From a virus, in IMG/VR virus record IMGVR_UViG_3300032799_000664, positions 66,446-130,445 of that record: a stretch of 64,000 bases of DNA, one strand, 5' to 3'. Shown piece by piece: positions 17,342-26,783 of the stretch. The notes beneath the pieces are model-generated. The model had not been told where the DNA came from. It made no database searches and saw nothing but the letters and a program-made list of their open reading frames with translations. Every line of letters starts with the position of its first letter. Within the stretch, counting starts at the first letter, position 1. A program made the translations under genes and the position numbers.

Positions 17342-20300
17342 CCTTGACACCCTTCTTCGGCGGTGGCGTCGAGGTGTCAGACGCGCCGTCGCCTGTGCTT
17401 GTACCAGTCCCCGCGGCCTCCTTCTTGCCCAGCACGTCTTCGGGTTTCGAGAACACGGCCGTCTTCAGCTGTTCGGCGTACTCCTGTGACATGTCGATGT
17501 CCTCCATACCTTTCAACTTGCCCGGAGTACGGGACTGTGCGGCATCGTCGAGGTACTCGGTCACCTTGAACGCGGCGACGTTCTCCATGCGACTGCCCCG
17601 CGTCATGTAGGGCAAGAGACGATCCAGAGCCCCGCTCTGGCGCAGCGTCTCGTCGCTGATGTAGTAGTGGTTGCGCACCGAGTGGGCCTTCAACCAGTCT
17701 GCTGGCCGGTGGCTGTACTCCTGAACGCTGCTCAGGATCGTGAAGCGCGCCAGGGCGAAGTCGATGACTATCGCTTCCAGTTCCTTGTCGTAGTAGCAGC
17801 CAGAAGCGGTACGGTTGAGGTTCTCCGGGGTGGGACTATTGAGGATCGATCCCACCGTTCGCTGCACCGTGTCGCCCATGTCGGGCATACGCACCGCGGG
17901 GACTGATAGCACGGTGGTGAGGATGTCCCCGCTCAGCGAGCTACGGGCAATGCGCGACAAGTAGGTCCGGTTGAGACGGAAGTGGTCACGGAAGAGCACG
18001 TCGTACTCGACGCCGGCGTGCTTCATGATCGCCAACGCGCCGTAGTAGTGCTCACGACTACGAGAGATGTCGCTGAACTCGACGCCGGCGCCGTACTTGT
18101 ACTGTTCAGCGACATCGTTGTAGATGCGCCGCAGCGCCCGGAGTTCGCGCCACATGATCAATGGCGCATCTTCACGAAGCTTGCGAATGGTGAGCGCACC
18201 GAAGGCCTCTAGGAGGAGCACCTCCGGAGTGGGCCGATTCTCCTGCCGATCCATCTCGATCATGATGGTGCGGGAGAGGTCCTCCGGCAGCTGCGTCTGG
18301 CGAATGCCGGCCAACCAGACGGGGTGATGCACGCTGTATTCGACCGGCTGTCCGTTTACGCTACCTTGGATGGTCCGGCCCGCTTCATTAGCCAATCCCC
18401 GGAAGTGCTGTGACAAGCGCTGCACCGTCTGGCTTTTCGGGTCGTGCGCCAAGCCCTTGTCCTCGAACTCGTCGAGGCACAGCGTGATCGTCGAGTTGTT
18501 CATCGCCTGGCGCACACCCGCGACGGTGTAGTTGTCCATCCACAGCGCCGGCTGAACGATGTTGATGGCGGGTTTGGAGGTACGTCCGATCAGACCGCCG
18601 ACGAGGAACGTCTTACCGCTGCTGTGCTCAGCTGTGATCATGAGCAGAGGTTGGCGGGCGAAGGCGTCGGCAATGAAGCCTTGTAGGATGAACGCGGCCA
18701 TGAAGTGCGCCGTGTTCTCGTGATGCTTGAAACGCCAACCCGTACTGAGAATCCGGTAGACCAGATCGTAGAGCTCCCGGAAGGACAATCTCGGCACCCG
18801 ATTGAAGTCGTCCTCATCCTTGTACAGCGGATAGGCGTCGAGTGGTCGTCGTCCGTGCTCGGCGTAGATGACGACGTTACCATCGGCCGGGCCGTTGCAC
18901 TTCCGCCACAACGGGATGTCGCAGTCGCCTTCGTAGGTTCCCTTGAAGAGACTCATTCCCTTTACCGCGTAAAGGGTCGTGGTCGTCTTGTCGTCTTCGT
19001 CAGTCGTGTCAATGACGTGCGTGCCTGCGCTGATGGTCTTCACCTGCGACGTACCCGGCAGTGCATTGGCGAGGCGTTGAACCGCCCACTGCACGTAGGG
19101 CTCGAGTATGCGGACGCGGTCCGCATAGAAGACCTCGCCTTTGGCCACGCTCTCGGCGTACGACATGATGAAGGCAGGTTCGCCGACTTCGTTGCGGATG
19201 AAGAGATAGATGTCCTTGCCGCGAGACAGCGCCGCGACCTGTGCTGCCAGCCGCTTCGGTTCGTTGAGGGGCAGGTCGTAGAGGGTGTCGGTGATGCGGT
19301 CGTAGACCCGCAGCATCGAATTGTTGCCTTCACGTAGCCAGTCGAGGACCGATAGTCGCGCTGCCAGCACACCGCGGATGCGCTCGATGAACGCCTCCTC
19401 GTGCTCGTCGGTCGAGGCCATCTTGCTGAGGATCATGCCGACGTTGACGGTGTGGTGGACGCGCTGGATGTCCTCGACGTAGGCCTGCTGCTCCGCGGTG
19501 TCGCGGACGTAGATACCCCACTTGGAGGCGCGGTTGGTCAGCTGGCTGACGTCGAGGGGATCGATCCCGACCATCTCCGACAAGGCGCGTTCGGCCGCCC
19601 ACTTGTAGGGGAGCTGGTAGTTCGACGGGTCGCGCAGCGCCGTCTGCACGGTGTTGAGGCCGAACGCTTTCATCGCGTCGTCCGGGTCGATCTTGTCCTG
19701 GCCCGGGATGGTGAACGCCGCCGGCCAGGTGAAGATGCGCAGCCCCAGGTGGAAGGTCTTCTCCAGCACGCTCTTCACGAACTCGTTGCCGCCGGGATCG
19801 TTGTCGCCGACGATGTAGGCGATCTCGAAGCCGAACTCCTTGAGGTAGTCGAGCCCATCGATGGCACCGCCGCCGCCGCTGAAGCAGACGAAGCCGATAT
19901 TGGGCGGTACCGTGTCGAATTGCCGGGTGGCGATGCTGAGCATGTCGAACTCGCCTTCGACGACGACGCAGCTCTTCTGCGTCTGGGCATCGATCATGCG
20001 GCCGTAGGGCGGGCAGCCGTAGAGGCCGAACATGCCGCGGCGGTCCTCGGTCTCGTCCTTGACCCATTGCACCAGCTTGGCGTCCTCAGTGCTGAAGATG
20101 CCGTTCGGGAGCAGCGTCGGCACCGCCCGGATCTTGACGTGGCTCGGGAGGTCGGGCGTGTCGCCGGTGAAGTACAGCACCGCGCCCTGCCACAGACTCG
20201 GATTGGTGAAGAAAGACTCGAGGTAGTCCTTGGCCAGCTCCCACATCTGGTCCTTGTCGAGGTTCTCCTTCTCGGCCCGGTCCTTGAGGAGCTGCTCCAG

Positions 20301-20927
20301 CTCCATCGACGGCAGTAGCATGCCGAGGGGCAGCTCGGAGTACCAGTTCGGCGCCGAACGCGGGATGCCACGGTAGTCGAGGTACCGCACCGTGCGCGCG
20401 GCGTAGCCGTAGCGCGGGTCACTCGACGCGGCGTCGTAGCCGACGCGGTCGTAGAGCTTCGCCACTGCGCTCAGCTCCGCGTTGCTGACCAGGTGCAGCA
20501 GCCGCTTCATGGTGCGGCGCCGCCACTGCACGCTGAGCCCGTTGATGACCTTCGCCGGGAAGTCCTTGAGCCCGTACGTGTCCTTCAGGTCGATCATGGC
20601 GTCGACGTAGGTCGTCGCCTTGCCGGCCTTGGTCTTGAGCGCCGCCACGAAGGTGATCGGGTTCCAGAAGAACGCCTTGCACCCGAAGCACTTGGCGTAG
20701 TGCTTCTCGAAGTCGATGGTGAACGACGGGGACTTCTCGTCGTGGAAGGGGCACAGGCCCATGATGCGCGGCCCCTTGCGCACCCAGTTCTGCGCCCCGG
20801 CGGCGTTCTTCACGTAGCCGAGCCACTGATCGGGCGTGATGTCGTTCCAGACGCGCTTGATCGAAGCGACGCCGATCCTCTTCAGGGTCTGCGGATCCGT
20901 AGGCCCCGTGTTCTTCTTCCCAGGCAT
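17322..20927 (-). CDS. dnaG: DnaG-type primase fused to a C-terminal P-loop helicase-like domain
   Basis: CHC2 finger [15 protein letters not shown]; TOPRIM VVEGEFD and GDNDPGG; C-terminal AEHSSGKT and CLDEFE. Confidence 0.85.
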   Translation of the reverse strand: MPGKKNTGPTDPQTLKRIGVASIKRVWNDITPDQWLGYVKNAAGAQNWVRKGPRIMGLCPFHDEKSPSFTIDFEKHYAKCFGCKAFFWNPITFVAALKTKAGKATTYVDAMIDLKDTYGLKDFPAKVINGLSVQWRRRTMKRLLHLVSNAELSAVAKLYDRVGYDAASSDPRYGYAARTVRYLDYRGIPRSAPNWYSELPLGMLLPSMELEQLLKDRAEKENLDKDQMWELAKDYLESFFTNPSLWQGAVLYFTGDTPDLPSHVKIRAVPTLLPNGIFSTEDAKLVQWVKDETEDRRGMFGLYGCPPYGRMIDAQTQKSCVVVEGEFDMLSIATRQFDTVPPNIGFVCFSGGGGAIDGLDYLKEFGFEIAYIVGDNDPGGNEFVKSVLEKTFHLGLRIFTWPAAFTIPGQDKIDPDDAMKAFGLNTVQTALRDPSNYQLPYKWAAERALSEMVGIDPLDVSQLTNRASKWGIYVRDTAEQQAYVEDIQRVHHTVNVGMILSKMASTDEHEEAFIERIRGVLAARLSVLDWLREGNNSMLRVYDRITDTLYDLPLNEPKRLAAQVAALSRGKDIYLFIRNEVGEPAFIMSYAESVAKGEVFYADRVRILEPYVQWAVQRLANALPGTSQVKTISAGTHVIDTTDEDDKTTTTLYAVKGMSLFKGTYEGDCDIPLWRKCNGPADGNVVIYAEHGRRPLDAYPLYKDEDDFNRVPRLSFRELYDLVYRILSTGWRFKHHENTAHFMAAFILQGFIADAFARQPLLMITAEHSSGKTFLVGGLIGRTSKPAINIVQPALWMDNYTVAGVRQAMNNSTITLCLDEFEDKGLAHDPKSQTVQRLSQHFRGLANEAGRTIQGSVNGQPVEYSVHHPVWLAGIRQTQLPEDLSRTIMIEMDRQENRPTPEVLLLEAFGALTIRKLREDAPLIMWRELRALRRIYNDVAEQYKYGAGVEFSDISRSREHYYGALAIMKHAGVEYDVLFRDHFRLNRTYLSRIARSSLSGDILTTVLSVPAVRMPDMGDTVQRTVGSILNSPTPENLNRTASGCYYDKELEAIVIDFALARFTILSSVQEYSHRPADWLKAHSVRNHYYISDETLRQSGALDRLLPYMTRGSRMENVAAFKVTEYLDDAAQSRTPGKLKGMEDIDMSQEYAEQLKTAVFSKPEDVLGKKEAAGTGTSTGDGASDTSTPPPKKGVKDDDFNY

Positions 20928-20968
20928 GCAACCTCCTGGCGCGGAGGTGCCCCCTTAGCGAAGCAGTA

Positions 20969-21757
20969 TCACTTCGTCATGGCCGGGCACATGAGTTGGT
21001 AGCCACACGACTTGCATCGCCAGCACGGGTGTGGTTCACCAGCGGCGGCGACCTCTGCTGCTTGGGTGAGGCAGACTTCGATCTCTTCTCGAATGCGAGT
21101 ACGCAGCACCGGCAGTGGATACTCCGGTGCCCAGACGGTACGGTTGCCGTGCTCGTCTGGATCTTTGCTCAGGTAGTGAAGTCCAGTGCGAATGCTCTTG
21201 AGGTTCGGTCGATGAGCATCAGCGAACAAGCTGTACAGCTTCAGCTGATGTGCGTGCCGGTCTACGGGCAACGGCAGTCCGGTCTTGTGATCGAGGATGA
21301 CCGCGACGGGATGTCGTGTGTAAATGAGAAAGTCGATGCGCCCGCGTACCAGGGCATCCGGCGCCTTATAGCCGGTGAGCGTGAAGTCGTCCTTCAGCGC
21401 TATCTCGGCTTCGAACAACATCTCCTGGGTTCCATGCGCCTGGTTGAAGCGCTCCACCCAAGCGATGAAGTCCTTCACGGCGTTTCGGAAGGTGCGCACC
21501 CGCAACGCCATTTCATGCGTCAGCTCGTAGGATTCCAGAGCTTGCTGCAGCGCTCGATCGACGCTTATCTTCCCCTGCAAGGACCATTCGAGGATGTGGT
21601 GAACCGCTGAACCCACGGTCATCGCCTCAGAAGAGGCCACCAGCTCCTTCTCGTGCAGGACGTACTTCTGGCGAAAAGCGAAGGGACAGTCCAGCGCCAA
21701 GTCGAGCATCGATGGTGACCAGGGCGCTAACTTTCGAGCGGCGGCAGATACGGACAT
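20969..21757 (-). CDS. PD-(D/E)XK nuclease (RecB/Cas4-like)
   Basis: WSPS..CP, GRIDFL, DHKTG, QLKLY, C-terminal CWRCKSC..CP. Confidence 0.85.
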   Translation of the reverse strand: MSVSAAARKLAPWSPSMLDLALDCPFAFRQKYVLHEKELVASSEAMTVGSAVHHILEWSLQGKISVDRALQQALESYELTHEMALRVRTFRNAVKDFIAWVERFNQAHGTQEMLFEAEIALKDDFTLTGYKAPDALVRGRIDFLIYTRHPVAVILDHKTGLPLPVDRHAHQLKLYSLFADAHRPNLKSIRTGLHYLSKDPDEHGNRTVWAPEYPLPVLRTRIREEIEVCLTQAAEVAAAGEPHPCWRCKSCGYQLMCPAMTK

Positions 21758-21783
21758 GACGGGCCTCCACGGGGACACATACA

Positions 21784-21833
21784 CCGGTGGACGTCGTGCC
21801 GAGTCGCGAGCAGCAAGGCACGACGTCCACCGG
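21784..21833. repeat. perfect 17-bp inverted repeat with 16-nt loop
   Basis: CCGGTGGACGTCGTGCC (21784-21800) and GGCACGACGTCCACCGG (21817-21833); no U-tract. Confidence 0.9.
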
Positions 21834-21841
21834 CTCCGGAG

Positions 21842-22867
21842 CTAGAAGCCCTTCGTCACGTCGGGATTGTCACCGCCCGGGCTGCTCGGGCTGCTGATGC
21901 CCAATCCGGCCATGTCGACGTTCTCATCGACTGCCGACGCCTGGGGACCACGATTCATGGTGGTCTGCCAGTGCTGCTTGAGGAACGCTTGGCGTTCACC
22001 GCGGAGCATCTGGTAGAGCGTCGCCGCCGACTCGCGGATGTGCGTGGGCGACGGTTGATTCGCGGACGACACGGCGAAGATGTGATAGTCCGGTCCCTTG
22101 TCGGAGCGCTGCACCGACGTCTCCAGGCTCAGCCAGCGATCCCAGATGGCGTCGCCTTCACTGGCCAGTTGGTTCACACGGCTGCCCGCCTTGCGGCTCG
22201 ACTTGGCGAACTCGAGCTTGTACAGCCGCAGGTTCTGCGCGAGGACGATGTACGTCAGGACGTTGTCGCAGTCCGTCTTCTTCCCGGTGTTGTTCTTGCC
22301 CATCGGCAGGTACTGGCACTTCATGCAGTCACCGAACATGGTGCCGAGCTTCGCATCGAATGCGACGCAAACGGGGCGACCAAGCGTGCCGTCCTGCGGG
22401 AACATCCGGTTCATCTCGAACCCGTAGAGCGGCACGAAGCGGAAGGGCTTGTCCACCTTCGAACCGAACGAGGTGTAGAGGTCCCCGTTCTGGCAGCCTT
22501 CGGGGCGCTGCTTCGAAACCGCCTGGAGAATCCAGACGGTCGGAACCACGAATCCCTTGGCCATCTCCTCCAACCCCTCCTTCATGGGGTTGACGGAGCG
22601 CAGCAGCGAGTGGATCTGCTCCTGCTCAGCACCGCTGTACTTCGCGGCGATCGCCTGCAGCTGCGCCATCGCGGTGTCCTTCGCCGCGGTGAACGCTTCC
22701 ATGTAGGCGTCCTTGGAGGGTGCGACGATCAGCGCCTGGTCACCGTTGTTGCCGGCGGCCGGCGCCGGCATAGCTGACACCTCGGCGACCGGCGCTTCGA
22801 CCGGTGGTGGAGTTGCGGACTGCGGCGTGGTGGTCGTGGACGGAACAGTGTCTTTGGACTTTGACAT
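21842..22867 (-). CDS. probable single-stranded DNA-binding protein
   Basis: MSKSKD start with AAGGAG RBS; within the replication cluster; flexible tail ending DNPDVTKGF. Function inferred from context. Confidence 0.5.
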   Translation of the reverse strand: MSKSKDTVPSTTTTPQSATPPPVEAPVAEVSAMPAPAAGNNGDQALIVAPSKDAYMEAFTAAKDTAMAQLQAIAAKYSGAEQEQIHSLLRSVNPMKEGLEEMAKGFVVPTVWILQAVSKQRPEGCQNGDLYTSFGSKVDKPFRFVPLYGFEMNRMFPQDGTLGRPVCVAFDAKLGTMFGDCMKCQYLPMGKNNTGKKTDCDNVLTYIVLAQNLRLYKLEFAKSSRKAGSRVNQLASEGDAIWDRWLSLETSVQRSDKGPDYHIFAVSSANQPSPTHIRESAATLYQMLRGERQAFLKQHWQTTMNRGPQASAVDENVDMAGLGISSPSSPGGDNPDVTKGF

Positions 22868-22970
22868 CTTGAGTCTCCTTGTTGAGAAGGTCCTCACGTT
22901 ACCGTTGTGACACCAGTAGCGTCAAGCAGATCCTCTTTACGGGAAGAGGACTTCTCACGGCTGTAAAGCC

Positions 22971-22980
22971 GTGATACGCT
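22971..22980 (+). promoter_or_regulatory. candidate extended -10 element (TGaTACGCT) for the sigma gene
   Basis: GTGATACGCT ends 11 nt before ATG 22992; the same 10-mer occurs at 60649-60658 upstream of gene 60681. Confidence 0.4.
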
Positions 22981-22991
22981 TGGACAACGCC

Positions 22992-23831
22992 ATGCAGACT
23001 GAAGACCGTACCTGCGAGCAATACTTCCAAGAAGTCGGCCGCACCCAGATGCCCCGCAACGCTGAGGAGGAGCGGCTCCTCTTCGAACGCTACTTGAGCT
23101 CACAAGACGCGGAAGCACGGCGGCGCTTAGTCGAAGGCGGACTCCGGTTCGTCATCAAGACGGCGCGGCAGTACTGCCACGGTGACGCCGAGTTCTTGAA
23201 GACGCTCATCCAGGCCGGCAACATCGGTTTGCTGATTGCGGTCGATCGCTACCGGCCCTGGGTGATCCGCTGCCATCACTGCGGCAAACAGTGCTACGTC
23301 GCCGCACCACAGAGTCAGCGTTGCACCGGCTGTGGCCAAGCGCTCCGTGCCAGCGAAGCGCAGCACTACACGACGCGTTTCCTCACCTACGCCGCGTGGT
23401 GGATCTCAGAGTCCATTCGGACTGAACTCTACAGCGCCAGCACGGTCTACGTGCCGCCCTACAAACAGAAGGCTCACCACCGCGCACGCCAAGCGGGACA
23501 AGAAGCCGGTTTCGTCTACGTCCCCTACGACGTCAGCGATGACCACACCCGGGCCGTAGCGGCCCAGGAAGACGATGAAGCCATCGTCACGAACAACGAC
23601 GCCCGCCAACTCATCTACGCGCAGCTGTGCAGCTTGCCCGACCGGCAAGCCTTCGTCCTCATCGCCTACTTCGGTCTGCGGGAGGACGCCAAGACGCTGC
23701 GCGAGATTTCGCGGCGCCTTGGCGTATCCTCGGAACGAGTACGGCAGATCAAGGTGAAAGCGCTGGAAGACTTGCGGGATCGACTGGAGCAGCGGCGACT
23801 CCACGCCACCGACGACGCGTTGCTGAACTAG
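22992..23831 (+). CDS. sigma70-family factor with a zinc-ribbon insertion
   Basis: Region 2 LVEGGLRFVIKTARQY, LIQAGNIGL, RFLTYAAWWI; region 4 TLREISRRLGVSSERVRQI; CHHC/CTGC insert. Confidence 0.92.
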   Translation: MQTEDRTCEQYFQEVGRTQMPRNAEEERLLFERYLSSQDAEARRRLVEGGLRFVIKTARQYCHGDAEFLKTLIQAGNIGLLIAVDRYRPWVIRCHHCGKQCYVAAPQSQRCTGCGQALRASEAQHYTTRFLTYAAWWISESIRTELYSASTVYVPPYKQKAHHRARQAGQEAGFVYVPYDVSDDHTRAVAAQEDDEAIVTNNDARQLIYAQLCSLPDRQAFVLIAYFGLREDAKTLREISRRLGVSSERVRQIKVKALEDLRDRLEQRRLHATDDALLN

Positions 23832-24922
23832 AACTCGTCGCGGAAGCCGGCCATCCACTCGAGCGTCGAAGTGACGCCCTTGAGGTACTGCCGCCGCTCT
23901 TCGGACTGGGCGCGGTCGTAGCGCTCGTAGGCCAACTCGAGGCCTTCGCGCACTTCGCGGCTGCCCTTGACCTCGATCTTCTTGATGCCGCGCAGCCGCT
24001 CGAGCGCCTTGTCGAGACCCTGACGAACGACGTTGGGTGCCTCGTTGGAATCCGCCGCCGCCGGCCGGCCCAGCGGTTTGCCGCTCTTCGCCTGCCGCCG
24101 CTCGTGCCGTGACTTCTCCGCCGTCCGCGCGATGTCCTTGCGGTCCACCTCGCCCTTGAGGAAAGCGTGGAACTTCTCCAGCTGCTTCTTCGGATCGGTG
24201 ATGTCGAGCAGCTCGCGCGCATCGGTGAACTTGAGCTTGCCCTGGCGGAGCGCCTCCTGGATGGGCGCGGGCAGGTTGAGCAGGTCGAGCCGTTGGCTGA
24301 TGTAGCCCTCGGTCACGTGCCAGCGCTGCGCCAGCACCTTGCCATTGATGACAGTGTCGACGCGCTCACCGGGGAAGCGCACGCTCTTGCCGAGGAGACT
24401 CTTGATGACCTCCGCCTCTTCCATCGGGTTGAGCCGCTCCGCCTGCCGGTTCTCATCGGCCCGCACGAAGAGGATGGTCGTCTCGTCGTTGTTGAAGACC
24501 TTCACGGGCACCGTTGCGAGACCACCCAGCTTGGCCGCACGGAGCCGGCGTTCACCAGCGATCAGATGGTACTTCCCGTCCATGGTCTTGTACACCGACA
24601 GCGGGTTGATGATACCGATGTGCTTGAGGCTGCCCGACAGTGACGCCAGGCGCTCGCGGTTGAAGTCCTGCCGTGGGTTTCGACCCCCATCGACGACGAT
24701 GTCGCCGACTTTCACCTGGATCTGCGTACCGATCTCGGAGGTGTCGAGCTTCTGGGTCAGCGGCTTCTTCTCCTCGGGCTTCTTCTCCTCGGGCTTCTTG
24801 GGCTCCGGCTTCTTGTTGTCAGACTTGGCTTCGGACTTGCCGTTGCCGCCGACGGTGGCGCCATCCGGCATCTCGATGGAGATGGTCTTCCTGGGAGCAT
24901 CGGGCTTTTCGGTCGTTGGCAT
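23828..24922 (-). CDS. parB: ParB/Spo0J-family protein
   Basis: NPRQDF, LIAGERRLRAA, DENRQAERLNPMEEA, HTH; MPTTEK start with AAGGAG RBS. Confidence 0.9.
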   Translation of the reverse strand: MPTTEKPDAPRKTISIEMPDGATVGGNGKSEAKSDNKKPEPKKPEEKKPEEKKPLTQKLDTSEIGTQIQVKVGDIVVDGGRNPRQDFNRERLASLSGSLKHIGIINPLSVYKTMDGKYHLIAGERRLRAAKLGGLATVPVKVFNNDETTILFVRADENRQAERLNPMEEAEVIKSLLGKSVRFPGERVDTVINGKVLAQRWHVTEGYISQRLDLLNLPAPIQEALRQGKLKFTDARELLDITDPKKQLEKFHAFLKGEVDRKDIARTAEKSRHERRQAKSGKPLGRPAAADSNEAPNVVRQGLDKALERLRGIKKIEVKGSREVREGLELAYERYDRAQSEERRQYLKGVTSTLEWMAGFRDEF

Positions 24923-24983
24923 ATCGAGTCTCCTTGTTAGGGGTGCTGCGCACTGTAACGCAAACAAAAGGGCGCAGGCAACC

Positions 24984-25340
24984 TCAACTCGCCGATTGCT
25001 GAACTGGGGGTGTGGTGGGTTCTGTGACCGGGGGTACGACCCGGAGATCCGGCGGACCTTCCGTCGGTGGGGCCGGCGTTTCTGCGGCAGCAACCGGGGA
25101 CAACTGATGCTGGATCTCCGTCGACGTCCGCTGCAGAGCCGCCAGCAAGTTGGCCACCACGGCCAACCCCTTCAGCTGCGGCACCGCCGCGGACACGCCG
25201 GTCACCAGCGCCGTGCCAATGCCGAAGAGGGACACCAACCGATCACGATCGAGATGCCAGCGCGGCTTGGTCATCCGCGCCAAAGCTACTGAGAAGTTGT
25301 GGACAGCATCGAGGATGCGCTCGAAGCGCGTCATGGACAT
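24984..25340 (-). CDS. hypothetical membrane protein
   Basis: GAGGAGG RBS; hydrophobic segment LVSLFGIGTALVTGVSAAV; Pro-rich tail. Confidence 0.6.
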   Translation of the reverse strand: MSMTRFERILDAVHNFSVALARMTKPRWHLDRDRLVSLFGIGTALVTGVSAAVPQLKGLAVVANLLAALQRTSTEIQHQLSPVAAAETPAPPTEGPPDLRVVPPVTEPTTPPVQQSAS

Positions 25341-25396
25341 GCCGACCTCCTCGAAGGCGGTTAGGGGTGGGGAACTTGATGAGCGAAAGAAAAGAG

Positions 25397-25654
25397 TCAG
25401 CCTTCTCGCAGAAAGGCTTCAACCCGGGCGAGATCGATGTACTTCAACCCGGTGCGGCGCAGCGGCTTGCCCTCTAGCACGTCACCGATGAGGAAGAAGA
25501 ACTCGGTGGCGATCTCCTGCACGTCGACGTCCAGCCGGTTGTAGCAGCAGGCGTGCACCGCGTTGATGAGCCGATAGCGTTGAATCAGCTCGTGGGTGAG
25601 CTTGTCGGGTAACCGCTCACGCGGCGTCCGACTACGGGACCGGACTCGCGCCAT
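25397..25654 (-). CDS. hypothetical protein
   Basis: MARVRSR start 1 nt after the upstream stop; 85 aa. Confidence 0.65.
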   Translation of the reverse strand: MARVRSRSRTPRERLPDKLTHELIQRYRLINAVHACCYNRLDVDVQEIATEFFFLIGDVLEGKPLRRTGLKYIDLARVEAFLREG

Positions 25655-25655
25655 G

Positions 25656-25829
25656 TCAGTCCAACGGGCGAACGGTGCCGGGTTCGAAGGGTGCCGTGCC
25701 ATGCGTCGGGCACTTGGGCACGTTGACGTCCTCACTGGGGACAAGCTTCTCCCCGCACCAGGGGCAGGCGCCCCACTCCCGGGCCGCGGTGACCCGCGCC
25801 GGATCCTCGTCGACGCCTAGCTTCTCCAT
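25656..25829 (-). CDS. small zinc-ribbon protein
   Basis: MEKLG start with GGAGG RBS; CPWC...CPTH. Confidence 0.7.
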   Translation of the reverse strand: MEKLGVDEDPARVTAAREWGACPWCGEKLVPSEDVNVPKCPTHGTAPFEPGTVRPLD

Positions 25830-26090
25830 GGGCTCCGCCTCCGTACTGAAGAACAGTTCACGTTGCCGACTTGGGGCACGTCCCAGTAGATGATACCGGA
25901 AGACACCCCGGCTGGCGTCTTCGCAAGTGCACAGGATGCGCCAGCCCAGATCGCGCAGGTCGGAGATCCGTGAGGTGTACTTCAGTGCGATGCAGGCCAG
26001 TTCGGCATTGGTGACGCCGAGACCCGCCCGATGCTGCAACAGCCACAGGATCTTCCGGCACTGCGCGTCGGTGCGTCGCCCGATGGCCGC
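25830..26090 (-). CDS. winged-HTH-like reading frame, in frame with the zinc-ribbon gene; no canonical start nearby
   Basis: QCRKILWLL..GVTNAELA....YTSRISDLRDLGWRI....GVFRYHL resembles phage wHTH proteins. Confidence 0.5.
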
Positions 26091-26092
26091 CG

Positions 26093-26497
26093 CTACTTCT
26101 TCGGAGCCGCCTTGGGCTTGTCGCCAGCCCGATGCGTCGTCGCCGCGGGAGTCTCGCTCGACGTCGTCCCCTCGTGGGACGTCTCCGCCGGCGTGCGCGT
26201 CTTCCGCGGCGCACGTTTGGAAGGGTCGATGTCCCGGAAGGCGGCGTCGAGCGTGTGCTCGATGGTCGCCTTGCAGTTGGCATCGCAGACGTGGTTGGTA
26301 GTGCGGATGGTGCCCTTGAAGATGACGATGAGGTCGGGCAACGCCTGGACGCTGCTCTCGATCATCTTCTTGAGGTTGTCGAAGTTCGCCTGACGCTGCT
26401 GCTCCGCGGCCTGCAGCGGTTCGACGTCCGTGTGCTCGATCTCCTTGGGGGCCTCCCGCTTGCAGCGGTCGCACCGGTCCGTGATGATGACCTTCAT
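26093..26497 (-). CDS. hypothetical zinc-binding protein
   Basis: AAGGAG RBS; CDRC and CDANC. Confidence 0.75.
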   Translation of the reverse strand: MKVIITDRCDRCKREAPKEIEHTDVEPLQAAEQQRQANFDNLKKMIESSVQALPDLIVIFKGTIRTTNHVCDANCKATIEHTLDAAFRDIDPSKRAPRKTRTPAETSHEGTTSSETPAATTHRAGDKPKAAPKK

Positions 26498-26542
26498 GTG
26501 GTGGTCTCCTTCCTGCTGGTGTGGTGCCTTTACCTGGTAAAG

Positions 26543-26758
26543 CTACTCGATGGCCCGACAGTTAGGACAGAACAACCGTGGTCGTCCGTCACCGTCGTAA
26601 ATCATGTTCTCCTGCGTCGCGACGTCCCACGCAAAGCGCCAACCACATTGGCACACCGCTTCACCGAAGCCACCCTCATCGAGGATGAGGCGCAGCAGTG
26701 AGGGTCGCTGATGCAACTCACGGGTATACGACACCGAGATGTACGGTGCTAGCAGCAT
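26543..26758 (-). CDS. small zinc-ribbon protein
   Basis: 71 aa; CQCG and CPNC. Confidence 0.6.
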   Translation of the reverse strand: MLLAPYISVSYTRELHQRPSLLRLILDEGGFGEAVCQCGWRFAWDVATQENMIYDGDGRPRLFCPNCRAIE

Positions 26759-26783
26759 GTAGAGCAGGTTCTCATACCACAGA

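Noticed and set aside
24760-24815. 15-nt tandem repeats in parB
   Set aside because: They encode a KKPE(E) low-complexity linker.
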